Shown one piece after another: positions 1 through 14,590 of a stretch of DNA of 64,000 nt (the stretch's first letter is position 1; each line of letters opens with the position of its first letter). The notes beneath the pieces are model-generated. The model was not told the DNA's origin, made no database searches, and saw nothing but the letters and a program-made list of their open reading frames with translations. The position numbers and the translations under genes were made by a program. Source of the DNA: Antedon mediterranea (lineage: Eukaryota; Animalia; Echinodermata). The DNA is taken from positions 17,174,001-17,238,000 of the forward strand of contig NC_092671.1 of NCBI RefSeq assembly GCF_964355755.1, read 5' to 3'.

Positions 1-2421
1 AGTTTAATTAATTCTCAAATTCAATTTATCCTTTTGCTAATTTTCTTTAGGTTTTCTAACTTCAGTTTCTGTCAATTTGTCACCATTACTGCGACAACCT
101 TAATCCCGTTAGTTCATTTAAAGAAATATTTGACGTTTTTTAGATCTATTCTCAATTATTTAGTTACGGAGAATTAAATTTAAATGATTTCATCCATACA
201 GTACTACTGTACTGGATGAAATGCATTTAACGTTTATCATTTCAATAATTTAATAAACAGATTATTTTTGTTTGTCAAATTTAAATGGTCCGAAAAATTA
301 AAATGCTGTTAGTTTTTGTTTTAATTTAAATTAAGTATCTTACATTAATTGGTCATATATTTTCCATACTCTTACGTTTACTTGATACGAAGTACAATTG
401 AGCATACTATTACTGGGTTCACGTTTCACCAAAGAATTCTCAATTGTACTTTATACTAAGTTCCGCCAGAATGGCAAAACATCTGAACAATTAACTTACC
501 TCCCCGACGCAAACCTACTTTGGATTACATTAATATCCGTTTATGAATTATAGAATAATTATAATTAAATTATTAAATAACTATATACATGCCTATAAGC
601 TAACCTGCAATACCATTTTTTGTATAAAGTTGTATGTCACACGTATCATATTAAGTGTGTTACAGTCAATCTTTTCATACATTTTGTTATGTAATTTAAA
701 TTCCTTTTAACGGCATGAATTCAAACATATAACATAAATGCGTTCGTTGTGCAAATGTGATAAAAGTATCTTCGGTAATCTTTTAACGTGAAACTTATTT
801 TTAAGTAATTGAAACGTACGAAATGTTCGGTTGATATCAGTCCTGATTTGCGAATAATGAGTTTTTGCATTATACAGAGTCTAGCATGTTTGATTAATCG
901 CAGGCAAGTAATTACTCCAGGCCTACGGGCAAGCTTGGAAACCATTGCCTTTTCAGATCTATATTTTGCATTTCATAATACAATCATATATCATCTTTGG
1001 AATTTTAAATACAAAATTCGTTGGGTAAATGTAATGATATACGTCTTGTACTGTATTACGTCCAAATACAAAGGGATTTCAACTATCACCTTTTTCGTTT
1101 GAATTATTATTAGTGAGTAAATAGTTTTACAGTTTATCATTGTCAGATAATCATTATGATTATGGAAGAATGTTTTATACAAATACAAATGAATAATGAC
1201 AGTGAATGCGTAGGTAGAAGGGGTTGATTACCCCCCCCCCCTTCTCTTTGCTAATTACGCTATACATTAATAATGGCGACAAGAATGAAACCATATAATG
1301 ATAATTAGAAAACAAATTTAGCCGTCGAGTTATTGTGGTAACACATAATATCCTCAAACTAATTTTTTTAATCATAACATTCCGAAAAATATCATGTTGC
1401 CTTAACCCCGCCTAAACCTTTTCCTTTATTTAGTAAAAATATCTCAGGGCTGATTTTCAGAAACTGATTACATCCGCGATTTGACATTTCCTAGCTTGAG
1501 CGCTTTTTTTTTTTGATAATGCATTGCTAAAAACTAACATTGAACGAATGAGGAGGTAAAGAAATATAGGGATGGCTACAATTCATTGTGTATACTTCTG
1601 TCATGTCAATTGCTTTCTTAATGGCATCAGTTACATACATCAGTTATATACCTCGTGTGAACTATACAACGTAGTAAATTTACCAAGACATTTAGTACAA
1701 TAACATCACACGAATAGTGTTTTTTTACGAATACGAATATTTTATTACATTATAGTGAAAATAATGTACAATTGGTCAGATGTTTGTCCTACTCAATTAG
1801 TATTTGTATTTTATACTAAGTACATTGAGAACACGTAAAAGTAATTCTCGAACCCACGACCTGATCACTAGCACAATTATGAAGGAATATGAAGGGTGAG
1901 ACCCCAGATTACATTTTTTTAAATTAAAATTATTCAATGTTTTACACCAAAAAAACAATGAGAGGAAGATTTAATAATGGTTAAATAATATACCTTAATT
2001 ACAGATTACGAAATTTTAAAACTACCATGTCACAAAAACCAATTTTAGCTTTGGGTTAAAATATCAGGTGTTTTTTCGGACGGTTTGATCATGAGGAAAG
2101 CACGGTACGATAGTTTCTAAAGCCATATTTTTTATCGAATTTGAACACAATAGATATTATTAGCGTTTAAGGTTTCATAATGATTGTAAACATTGCATCC
2201 GTATGAACTGCTACAGTATAATAATTTCTCTTCTAATAACAATTGCAAATTTAATCAGATAGAAAAAGCATATTTTTAATATAACGTATATATTAGGCCT
2301 ACCATTGTTTAATTTTCTATTGTGAATCTAGGTATACGTTCTAGGATTCAAGATGGAATTAAAAGCATAAAGATTGAAGTAAAAGCGTGAAGATTGAAGT
2401 AGAAGCATGAAGATTGAAGTA

Positions 2422-2720
2422 TTTTTATTTTATTTTATTTTATGTCTTTAGGCAATGTGGCCAAGGATTACCAATAGTGAATTAATCACTGTCCTATCAG
2501 ATAGGTGGTAATCCTCCTGATACAGGGGCTATTGTGTGAACCAGTTCACCGGGGTAACCCCCTACTCTTTTTCGAATAATGAACTGGGTTCTTTAAAGTA
2601 CACACAGGTTATAACTGTGTACACTGGACCTACGGTTTATAGTCCTTATCCGAGAAGACTTGTTCCACCACCAGAACTAGGAGCGAGTCGGCCTCGAACC
2701 CTTGCCGATGTTGTTGTTGT
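2422..2720 (-). mobile_element. tRNA-derived SINE, family A
   Basis: Minus-strand B-box (plus CTCGAACCC about 2693), core CCCCTACTCTTTTCGAATA...TACGGTTTATAGTCCTTATCCGAGAAGAC, (TTTTA)n tail; second copy at 30088-30298. Confidence 0.7.
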
Positions 2721-2758
2721 TGAATCTAGGTATACGTTCTAGGATTCAAGATGGAATT

Positions 2759-4338
2759 AAAAGCATAAAGATTGAAGTAAAAGCGTGTAGATTGAAGTAG
2801 AAGCATGAAGATTGAAGTAAAAGCATGAAGATTGAAGTAAAAGCGTGTAGATTGAAGTAGAAGCATAAAGATTGAAGTAAAAGCATGAAGATTGAAGTAA
2901 AAGCGTGTAGATTGAAGTAAAAGCATGAAGATTGAAGTAAAAGCGTGAAGATTGAAGTAAAAGCATGCAGATTGAAGTAAAAGCGTGAAGATTGAAGTAG
3001 AAGCATGAAGATTGAAGTAAAAGCGTGAAGATTGAAGTAAAAGCGTGAAGATTGAAGTAAAAGCGTGTAGATTGAAGTAAAAGCGTGTAGATTGAAGTAA
3101 AAGCATGAAGATTGAAGTAAAAGCGTAAAGATTGAAGTAAAAGCGTGAAGATTGAAGTAAAAGCGTGAAGATTGAAGTAAAAGCGTGAAGATGAAGTAAA
3201 AGCGTGTAGATTGAAGTAGAAGCATGAAGATTGAAGTAAAAGCGTAAAGATTGAAGTAAAAGCGTGAAGATTGAAGTAAAAGCGTGAAGATGAAGTAAAA
3301 GCGTGTAGATTGAAGTAGAAGCATGAAGATTGAAGTAAAAGCGTGTAGATTGAAGTAGAAGCGTGTAGATTGAAGTAAAAGCGTAAAGATTGAAGTAAAA
3401 GCGTGTAGATGAAGTAAAAGCATGATTGAAGTAAAAGCGTGAAGATTGAAGTAAAAGCATGATTGAAGTAAAAGCGTGAAGATTGAAGTAAAAGCATGAT
3501 TGAAGTAAAAGCATGAAGATTGAAGTAAAAGCATGAAGATTGAAGTAAAAGCATGAAGATTGAAGTAAAAGCATGAAGATTGAAGTAAAAGCATGAAGAT
3601 GAAGTAAAAGCATGCAGATTGAAGTAAATACGTTTAGATTGAAGTAAAAGCATGCAGATTGAAGTAAAAGCGTGAAGATTGAAGTAAATACGTTTAGATT
3701 TAAGTAAAAGCATAAAGATTGAAGTAAAAGCATGAAGATTGAAGTAAAAGCGTGAAGATTGAAGTAAAAGCATGAAGATTGAAGTAAAAGCATGAAGATT
3801 GAAGTAAAAGCATGATTGAAGTAAAAGCATGCAGATTGAAGTAAAAGCATGAAGATTGAAGTGAAGACATGCAGATTGAAATAAAAGTATGAAGATTGAA
3901 GTAAAAGCATGAAGATTGAAGTAAAAGCATGAAAATTGAAGTAAAAGCATGAAGATTGAAGTAAAGGCATGCAGATTGAAGTAAAGCATAAAGATTGAAG
4001 TAAAAGCATGAAGATTGGAGTAAAGGCATGCAGATTGAAGTAAAAGCATGAAGATTGAAGTAAAAGCAGGCAGATTAAAGTAAAGGCATGCTGATTGAAG
4101 TAAAAGCGTGAAGATTGAAGTAAAAGCATGAAGATTGAAGTAAAAGCATGAAGATTGAAGTAAAGGCATGAAGATTAAAGCGTGAAGATTGAAGTAGAAG
4201 CAGGAAGATTGAAGTAAAGGCATGAAGATTGAAGTAAAAGCATGAAGATTGAAGTAAAAGCATGACGATTGAAGTAAAAGCATGACGATTGAAGTAAAGG
4301 CATGAAGATTGAAGTAAAAGCATGAAGATTGAAGTAAA
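2759..4338. repeat. 20-bp minisatellite (AAGATTGAAGTAAAAGCATG)n, about 80 units
   Basis: Directly visible periodicity with GCAT/GCGT variants and occasional 1-3 nt deletions. Confidence 0.97.
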
Positions 4339-6027
4339 TCCTTCATTATGTTATATTATTATCATGAATGTTTCATCCAACGCAAATAATGAGGACACTT
4401 CAGATGTTACCATTTCAATGAGTAAGTCATAATTATTAAATCATCTTGTCCGATTGGCAAAAAAAATATCATATTCAACTAGAATATAAAGCCTAATTTT
4501 TAATCAATATTCGGAAATGGCTAAACTATTATTGTATCGTTATAATTACCGACAATGCAAAACACGACACTGTTAAAGTTATCGCTTGCACATCGATCTG
4601 ATATAGTAGCGAGTAATCTTTGTTTTTTTGAACACTCATTTTCTACAACTATTTGGCAAATAGTATTATGATTGTTAAATTATACGATCCAGGTAATGAG
4701 CTGGACAAAAAACGGGCAACCTAGGCTTTGCGCAAAACATGCAATGGAGAATAATAAGGAAGAAGTACTAAGCTACGAGTTCATAAATTGTTTATTCTGA
4801 ATGATATTCATTAGGCTAATTAGAATATCATTCTGTGGCGTTCACAAATCATCCAATGATAATTATTTATTTATGAACTCATGTTCATTACGGGACCAAA
4901 TTGATTTTCTGTATTTTTGTAATATTTATAATGATGATAATAATATTTATTCGGCATTTCATCAAGTACGTGACAGGAGCAAGCAATAGGCCTGAACATA
5001 TTGAACTGCTCTTGCTCCAGCATTTTGCACAATATTCTGAACAAAATGTCAAAACTAAATTACGTGGTTTAGCTACGTACAACATTGTTAGCTGAGCATC
5101 ATTACGATGGTTGTTAGAAATGTACATGATAAAGAATAAAAATTCAAGTAGAAAAACATGCTAATCTGGTCACAAAGGCATTTTCCTATAATGTGAATTG
5201 TACCACAAATTATTTATCATAATCTATGTATATTCCATTATTCAAAACAGTTTTTTTCCGTACATTCCAAACAAAGGTAATATTCGATTATTTAGCCACT
5301 TATGATGTTTAGCGGTAACATCAACACATATTGGAATACACATAATCAAACTGCTAAAAGCGGTAATATTTCGTAGGTGTGCGGAGATGTATTAGAGACA
5401 TTTTACATGTTAGCCTAGAGTATATTCCAATCTTCTCACTATATAATGCGTTTGTATTTTGACTAAACACCTTGATAAAAGAATAAAACGGAAAACTATA
5501 GCCTAAATTATAATTATAGTTTTTAATTATGTAAGATTTTGAACGCATTATTACATTTTCCTAAAAACACCATTCTTAACATTTTTTCTTCCTCTGTGAA
5601 AAAGAACTTAGGCCTATACAATCTTATTTGTTTATGTATTTGTCCTGTCATTGTCTTGTTTTTATTTGTAAGGTTCTTTTTTAAGTATAAGGGGAGCCAC
5701 AAAAACGAGCATTGCTCTTTTGTTTTTTCCCTCCATTTTTGCATTATTTTAACTATTTACCTTATCAAATATTCTTATGCAATTTTGAAAATAAATTGAA
5801 ATCTTGAAACCTTGAAACAATAGAAAAATATTTGTGCTATTACATGTACATCCTTCCAGCTGCACTAAGTTTCGAAAGTAAAAGTGACATATACATCGAT
5901 CTGAAACTGGGCTTGATAGAACTGAACTCATATAAATAAAACCAAATTAATATACCTGTATTCTTAACGCCACAAAAGCACACAATTTGATGACGCACTT
6001 TGTGCGGACAGATTATCCCTAAATAAA

Positions 6028-6178
6028 AGCTTTGTTCCCACTTGTACGCAACGAACCAAGACACAACGTGAGTTGACCAATCACAAACGTCAGTTCGGGT
6101 GATCCATCGCGTCGGGATTGGTCAAGTTACTTACGGTGCGCTTACGTCTTTACGTTGCTTCCAAAAGGGACCTAAGCT
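6028..6178. mobile_element. Palindromic Harbinger/Tourist-like MITE
   Basis: Termini AGCTTTGTTCCCACT / GGGACCTAAGCT with TAA-like flanks; related termini at 43163-44068 and 44348-44512. Confidence 0.55.
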
Positions 6179-9100
6179 TAAATAGTTACATTCACAGGAT
6201 TGACGTCACTGAAAAAATGTTACATATTTTATCGAACAAATACCATTTTCAGCACTCGTGTTTTATTTAAAAGGGAATAAAATTACTTTATCAACTGTTT
6301 TCTTTTTTTTAAAATAAATTATTTATGTTATATAAGAGAGATGTTTGTATACTTTTTTTAGTCTCGAGATTTATAGGCTGGAGTAAACATTTTTGAAATA
6401 TGTCTAAATAACAATGACACTGTTTGAAGATATGAATTGTGACGAATTACGACACGATAAACAGTTCCAGCAGCCAGACCAAAAGTCGGTCGAAGCTTCG
6501 AGACATTTGCTCAAGTTCTTTATTAGATCTTTAGTGTTACCGCGGGCATTTGTTTATTAATGAAAAAAACTACTGAAAGCGGTAGCTGGATTGGAAATAT
6601 CATCGAATGGCGAGTGACCTACAAAATAACATTTATATTACTTGAAATGTAACTGTTAATAATAAGATCTTGCGTTCATCTTATTTAGTAGAGACTATTA
6701 CATTAAATATTGAAGGAAAAGTTCAATGTAAAGCAAACGCTAGAGTTTGAAAATAGATAAATTGTTTTTTTTTTGCTTAGTCGGTCATTAACAGTTTTAA
6801 AAATAGTATACGTGTAGCATGGAACATGCAAACAGGTATTAACACCTAGACAGATGACAGAATTCACAGTAAACAATCCATATAGGCCTACACATTGACT
6901 CATTAACATTACACTGTTTATTCTTTGAGATGCGTGTACACCATTGTTGACAATCTTTATATCAAGTGGATTATGCTATTTCACCGAATAAGTCTGTTGA
7001 TGGTTGAATAGGTAATTTGTGTAATGAAATCGTTATAGTCATCATCAGACTTCTCTTTCTATCGAAATGACCGTTAGCCGATATGTGCTTACTTAACATT
7101 CATTTCTTTTCAGTCTGTTACTCTGTCCTTGTCTAATGTATGTGTTGATTTCATTATCAGAATTAATTTAAAAGAGAGTGATTTTATCTTGCCATTGATT
7201 TTAACTTTAATTTATGAATGTCGCTCATTTAGTCGTCAGTAATCATTAAGGAATCAATACTATGAAGAAAGCTATGATATCATTTATTGTTCTATACATA
7301 GATATCAAAAGCAATGATTGAAAACATTTACATCATTGGATATTCATCCGAATTAATGTTTAGTTGTACGGAAGAATTAAACAAGACAAACCGATAAGCT
7401 ACTAAAGGTCTATATGTGCCATACTCTAATCAAGTTCCTAAAATTGTAATTTTCATTGATTTATACTCTGAATTTCATAAAAAATACATAGATTTTAGGA
7501 ATCTACAGTAAATGTGTGTAAGAATATTAAAAAATAACAAAATAGTCAAGATACAGGTTTTTCACAATTCAGAAGCATTTTACAGAAATCCCCACCTGTC
7601 GACAAGCTCCTGGTATTCAAGTTCCTAGGTGGAGACCATAATAATGAAAGGTGTTTCTCTATAATTATATGATGCAAAGCTGCTGAAGCTCAATACAAAT
7701 CTAGTATATATTGGCTGGACATTAGAAACAATATTTGGACCCAACAAAGTGTATCCTTAATAGAAGTGTAGGCTGGGTATTTCCTTTCACTACTACTGTA
7801 TGAGTCCAAAGGTAGGGGTTCTAATTTAGCTTTGGTGCCTAACAATATATAGGCCTACCAGTGAGATAATGTCAATGGGGAAAAGATGAGATAGGTCTAA
7901 CGAAGTAAATAGAAACCTCTTTGTATCACTATGCTACCAAAGAGCAGGTCAAACTATTTTACATAGCCTACTATGCAACTGTGTGTTTTAAAAATGAACA
8001 TTAGTGCGATTAGCCACAGTATTTTTCAGAATTTATTTCATTTTGTCTACAATAGGCATACAGATATATTAAATTTAAAGAAAACAAAAAAATTCGAAAA
8101 CTAATACAGAATCCCTATTATTAAGGGGACACCTTAATAATAGGATGTCTTTGGAGACAGTAGTGTGAAAATATATATTTCCCCTCGTTCAGTTCACAAG
8201 AAAGTGTCTTCTTAATAGGCGTTTCCCCTGAATAGAGCCGTTCAAACGGGGTGGGGAGAGGGATTGCTTATACTGTTGGTTTTTTTAATTGAGGTTACAT
8301 CCTGAGATAATTTAATTAATTAATTAAATAATTGCGTACCGTGCTTAGTTTACAAAACGTCCATACAGAGACAGATATCTGTTTTTAATAAACGTCTACA
8401 GATTGTCAACATCGGCCACTTTATGCATTATTTCGCTATTAATGTCACTAAAAATAAACAAAAGATCGCATTTAAAGCCATTGGGATTTACTACAGGGAT
8501 TATAAATATGACAGTTGGCCGAGTTCAACAACAAATTCAAAGCATTTGCTGTACAATGAAATATCCATTGTGAATTATTGTCCATACCATCTATAATAGT
8601 AAATAGCAATAACGTTTATAGGCACTGATAATATAACCACGAATTCATTAATCAGGAGGCCTAAATTATTTTTCTGTAAATGGTGTATACAGGGAGTTGT
8701 AAAAACTGGTGTATATGCCTAAGTGTCAACGTTTAGGAAAGCTGTGTCTGATAACAATGTCTTTGTTATAAACACTTCTCATTATGCTGATGGTCATACA
8801 CGTACCCTGGCCTTGTCATTTATTTATAAGTATAGTGTGTATGTTTAAAAGCAAGGACTAGCTTCATCGACATTTATTTATGTGTATGTTTAAAAGCAAG
8901 AACTAGCTTCATCGATGAAAATGAACTATATTAACCATGGTTAACAATAATATGCAATTCTTACATTATCTTGATATTTTTAGACAAGATAAAAAATGGT
9001 ATGAAAACAACACAAATATGTTATGTCGTCATGTGGAATACCATATTATGACAAAAAGCAATTTAAAATGTGGACATGTTTTAAGATTGTTTATTAAATT

Positions 9101-9739
9101 GTTCCATTTTACTGCATTGGTCAGACCAACCATTGAAATAGCATTTTAGAATACTTTAGAAACGTCGGTGGTAATATTAATTACGGTGTTTTAAATAAAT
9201 AAATACCAGTGATTACGTTGTGTTAATTATTAAAGTAAGGTTTTTATAGGCCTAAACACGGTTTTTTTTAAAGTATAAAAATGTATTACCGTAGTTTGAT
9301 ATCTAAGGCTAATTTAGACCTACTAATAAAAACAATAGAATAATAATCTAGTATGCCATCTAACATTGCTCTGTTTATATCTGTGCGATTAAACTACAGT
9401 GTTTAAATGTATAAAATGTTCTAATTCTTCATTATCAAAATACAAAGAAAAAAGTATAATAAATTAAAACAAGTCGATAAAGAGATGAACAGGAAACACA
9501 TACAAATTTGTAATGAGCTTGATGATTGTGTAAAATTACGGAAAAAAATGAAATAATAAAAGTTTTTAAAAAAATGTAGAAAAAATAATGTACTTACGGG
9601 TTCCATCGAATCTCGTTGCTATGGTATCCAAAAAGGTATTTTGGGGAGCTAGCAAGCCTTTCCGAACTGGCATTGTTTATAATATTATGTATCTATTGCC
9701 AATTCAGATATCAACATTATCATATTTTATCCTAATCCC

Positions 9740-9800
9740 ATTTATCGGCCATTGAATAGCTGGTATATTAAAATCTCCTGGCTAAAATCAATTTTCATTA
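9740..9800 (-). pseudogene. Fragment of a non-LTR retrotransposon APE endonuclease
   Basis: Minus strand reads GDFNIPAIQW; adjacent frame broken. Confidence 0.35.
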
Positions 9801-12653
9801 ACATCCAATACAGATCGGCTGGGGCCGGATGCTTCCATGACACAGACAATTGTCAAAAAGTTCAAGTGAATTAATTGTAAAGCATTGTACAGAAAATAAT
9901 GTTTTCCATCACTAACGTAACAACCAGTAAAAGAAAAGCTCAGCCATCAATAGATCAGATCAGATACAATGATACACCAAGTAGTACATTGTTGTTTATT
10001 CTGTTAATTAATATCGGTGATTTCCAAAACTGACTGTCTGGCTATTGAATATTTCAAATCCATGTACAGCACTCGAGTGATAACAAAGCATATCGTATTC
10101 TGAATATTAGAACTCGACTTTTAACGTGCAGGCTTTTATCCGTCGTGTCGTTCCATTGAAAAGTCATAGAATGGTTTCAGCAATCGCATATGTTCAGCCT
10201 AATTAGATCAGTCGCATCAGTCCAGCCGAGTACTCTCATCATTCTCCAATATTCCGGCATATTAACTAGCTGACTCCTTATCTTACTCGAATTATGTGTT
10301 TAATCCATCAGGTGGTTGAATAAAGAACCGTATAATTAGATCGGTTAAATAGATGGTGTACTGTCAAAGCAGGGTTGTTTAGCTATACGTTACCATAACT
10401 GTCAGTGCTTAAACTGCCGTGTAACAAGATCAAAAGAAAGCCTAAGTCGAGGAATTTATTGTTTTTACAAACTACGCGTATTATATTACTGTAGGCCTAC
10501 ATCATTCATTATTTACATCTGGCATAATGGTACAAAACGGTCCAAAAACAAAAGCACGGTCTTAAGAAGACAACATTTTTACAAAATCAATTCGAATCTG
10601 CTACTTTTTACTACTGTCCAAGAGTGGGAACAGCTTTGTTCTTCATCAGATATAACAAATTAGAAATAATGGTCTGAATCCAAATAGGCCTATGCTTTTT
10701 TTTAAATAAAATAATAACACGTTGATTTTAAATAACTACATCTGGGTTATTCCTTAATCGTTACTCATTGATTAATACAAACGCTGTAGGCCCTATTGTT
10801 GATTTAGATTACCATTTATTTTTTTCAAAATCAATGCTGCTAATTAACAAAACCATAAGGGGAAACATTTGAGGATATATGCGTACTTTGGGAATATAAT
10901 TTTAATTGGGCTGAATCGTTTTAAATATTAATGGAGATATTTTACGGTGTCATCGGCTATAAAAAGTATGAGGGCCTCCTATTAGTAGGAAAGGAGTAAA
11001 TAAGGTCGTATATTGCTATCCCTCGTAAGCCGCACGTAGGAGGTATGGATAGTAGTTTACCGATGTTTGATGGCATAATACCAAAGATAAACTATTTATA
11101 TTCTTTGATCTGACACACTAATTGAAATTTAAAACTCTTTGTACATATAGATATATACATTCACAGGCATGGCAACTAAAGTGATAATCTAACATTCGAT
11201 GAGGTTAAGATGCGGAATATAGGCCTATATGTATTTTTTCTTTTGTATGTTCTATCCAAAGGAGCAGCAACAATTGCACTGGACGTGTAGGCCAAATTAT
11301 ACGCTTGAAAATACGCAAAACGTGGTGTAAATGTGATATCTTTTGCGTAAAATCATACGAACAATTCATAACATAAACGAAAGCGACAGAGGGCGTGCTA
11401 TCTAATAGTTCCACCCATGGTAAATAAAGATAACTCGAGCCTGATTTTTAAAATAGTTTGCTGGTATTTTGTTCTATAAAATTGCGGACGTTATCCTGCA
11501 AACAAACTTATATACAAACATAAACAAACTTTGATAAACATAAAACAGGCAAGCATTTTGCCACGTAAAGTAATGTATACCTAGTAATGGGCATCTGTGT
11601 GTGTAAGAGACTGTGATACGGGAGAAGAGGCACTGAAAGCCCATTGAACGAATTATTCTTAATTACGAACAATATCTCAAACAACGACCTAGAATTTTTT
11701 TGTCTAGAGTAAAATTGTTTCTACATTTAATTCGGATAGGCTATGATATATGGCATCGTTATGTTAAAACACAAATGCTGACGTCAGCACTCTGCGTTTG
11801 TCCATATTTGATAGATCTTGTACAGAATAAATTAAAAATGTTTAAATAGTAACACGTACTGTAGATATTAGTAATCCATATTATAACCCATGCAAAATGT
11901 ACTTGGTTAATGCATATAATGTGTATTTAATGCAATATTTTATATAATTATTACGAAATTACGGTGCCCAAATAATACCATGTTACGAACTCTGTGTGAT
12001 GTACCGTACCATAGAGATATTATATAATAGCTCTATGGATGTAGGCCTACCTAACTCTACAAATTTTAAATACATTCTTTAATGAACTCTCAACTTAAAT
12101 TACACATTAAATTGTCTAAATACACGACGAATAGCTGTTAAATAATGAGTTTAACGCTAGGCCTACCGTATGTATAGTAGTCATTTAGTAAGAAACAACT
12201 CTATCTTTAGTAACTGATGTTGTATAATGAACCTACCTTCAAATGTACTTTATATATCTTAATACACAATTATTAGAATTTCACTAAATAAAACACGTTG
12301 TCAGTATCTCGAACAATGTAAAGTGAAGAGAGATAGTGAATTCAGTTTAAGGTTGGTCCGGGGGTTGGTCTGCTAGAACATTTGCATACACGTGTATCAA
12401 TAACGACGCCCTCATACCGTAAATGATTTCCTCGATGTTTTGTTCACTGTTCAAATAACAGTGGTTTGGTTACTGTACCTCTTTTCCTTTCTAACTTCAA
12501 TACAACAAAGTAATGTTTTGTTTTCTGTTACTGTACCTCTTTGCTTTTCTAACTTCAATAGGCCTACAACAAACTAACCTCAATCGGAACAACCCGTACA
12601 CTAACCTGGTTCTAATACTTAATTATAATTTACGGTATAGCTTGTTTGATTAA

Positions 12654-13195
12654 AGATGTATTGTCCCTTGAAACACAAAAAAATGAAGGTCAAAATATTC
12701 TAAATTTAAAGTGGCCATATCAAAGTAATATTAAAGTTTTTCATTTTAAGTCGAAAATTCGAGCCAAAACAACAAGTTTACGTAATTAACAGGTAAATTA
12801 GTTTGATTACATTTCATCTGGAAAATCGTCACGAGCGAAAGTAAACAAAGATTTCAAACCATGAGTACGCATTATGCATTGCTAAATTAGCATTGTTTAC
12901 AACTCGTCACGGTTAAGAAGGTATTTTCACACAGATCATGAGGAAGTTTTATGATTATGCATACAGAGTAGCCAAACAAGCACGTTTCCTTATGGGATAT
13001 GTTTTGATTGAAAACTTTGACTGGAAGTCAAAGTTATTTTTTTAACAAAAAAATGTCTGTATTTCAGTTAAATTTTTTTTTTTCGAATAATTTTTGGTGA
13101 TAGTTAATAACTATTATGATACTTCAAAATGACCCACCTTTTTTTGAAATCTTTTATTTTTTATTTTTTTGGAATTTGACAAAGGGACAATACAT
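12654..13195. mobile_element. Kolobok-like MITE, copy 1
   Basis: TTAA|AGATGTATTGTCCCTT ... AAGGGACAATACAT; highly similar to the copy at 14591. Confidence 0.75.
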
Positions 13196-14189
13196 ACATT
13201 TTACTTCACTAGGCCTATAGTTTTATCAGCATTCATAGCTAAATTATACAGACGTGATATGTTGTGTGATAGTCTGTCACATAAAAATGTATTTACAATT
13301 AATGTTATTATGCTCATTGAAGAATGTCTATTAAAACCATTTTCATGTTATGTCACCTGGTGATAGACGTGTCAAGCAGCAGCTGGAGTTATGTTTAACA
13401 CGTTATTGGGTATGGTAGAATTTGTCAGTGACACGTATTATTTTGACGCTCAATAACGCTGAATTAATTGGTCATCGTGTACCGGTAAACGTCCACTGCA
13501 CTGCCAGTGTAACGTGATATCAGTATGAGCTTAATTATTTTGTATAGGCCTATTTTTTTTACCGAAAACCATGAATAAGTGTTAATTAAATTACACAAGT
13601 ATTGTGAAAATAATTTATTTTTTCACATAGTGGTGATCTATGTTGTAAACACGGATGTAACAAAAATAACACCTGACGTCAACCATTGCTGGACAAAATT
13701 ATTATACTTAAGTGCCATAGTGACATACTTAAGTATAACGCAGAATAAGTAAATTAAACTTAAATTTGTTTTGTTCTAAAGGCAAACATAAATACATTTA
13801 CTAATTTCAAATATTGTAATAAATAAATTTTTCAATAATTGAAAAAAAACGACATATGTCATTCAACAGGGAATGCGAATAGACACTCATCAGGGAAATG
13901 TAATGTGACATTTCTAACGAGAATATTGTTGGAGATCATCAAAAAGGGATTATGAAACCATAGAAATGATGATGATTACACTCCAGAAAAATAGAAAATA
14001 TTAACATTATTTTTTAATATGCGCCAACCTGTCTATATATATGTATAAGTACAATTAAGATTTTATTAGAAATGCTCTTTTTTCCAAACCAAAAATTAGT
14101 ATGTAAAACTAACCCTGACAGTTTCTTCAGAAGTTATTACTACAAACCAGATGAACATTTTCAATCATACAATTAAGATTGTTACATTA

Positions 14190-14365
14190 CATTTATGTAG
14201 CGCTCATTTCTATGAAAAGCTCACATACTCGCATTGGTTAAAATAAAACATCTTTAAATGTTTTTTTAAACTGATTATAATCGTTCAAATGTTTAATGTA
14301 ACTTTTGGTAAATTGTTGCAGATTCTTGGTCCAGCAACGAAAACGAGCGGTCAGCAAATGTCTTT
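14190..14365 (-). mobile_element. L2/CR1-type LINE 3' relic
   Basis: Minus strand GACCGCTCGTTTTCGTTGCTGGACCAAGAATCTGCAACAATTTACC resembles the DRSFSVAGPRIWNNLP-type RT C-terminus, with a frameshift. Confidence 0.55.
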
Positions 14366-14590
14366 CGATTAGTTTGAAAATTAGTTAGGCCTAAAGAAAA
14401 TAAAACTTTAAAAAATAAAAATCAGACTTTGAATAGGCCATTTATTTGCAGTTTTAATAAAGTTATTCACTTCTGTAGAAAAAAACAAACTAATGATCTC
14501 ACTTATAAAAAGACACAAGAAACGGTTAATTTTAACCAAAAACCGTTGTCGGCAGACTATTCAGGTATTTTTTGCTTTAAGGAAATCATA

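Noticed and set aside
2759-4338. CRISPR-like periodicity here and at 25785-27690, 33080-33315 and 61165-61521
   Set aside because: Contiguous tandem units with no unique spacers, no cas genes, eukaryotic context
2726-4346. Long minus-strand ORFs (467, 282, 529 aa)
   Set aside because: Translations of the 20-bp satellite in all frames; no splice context or domain
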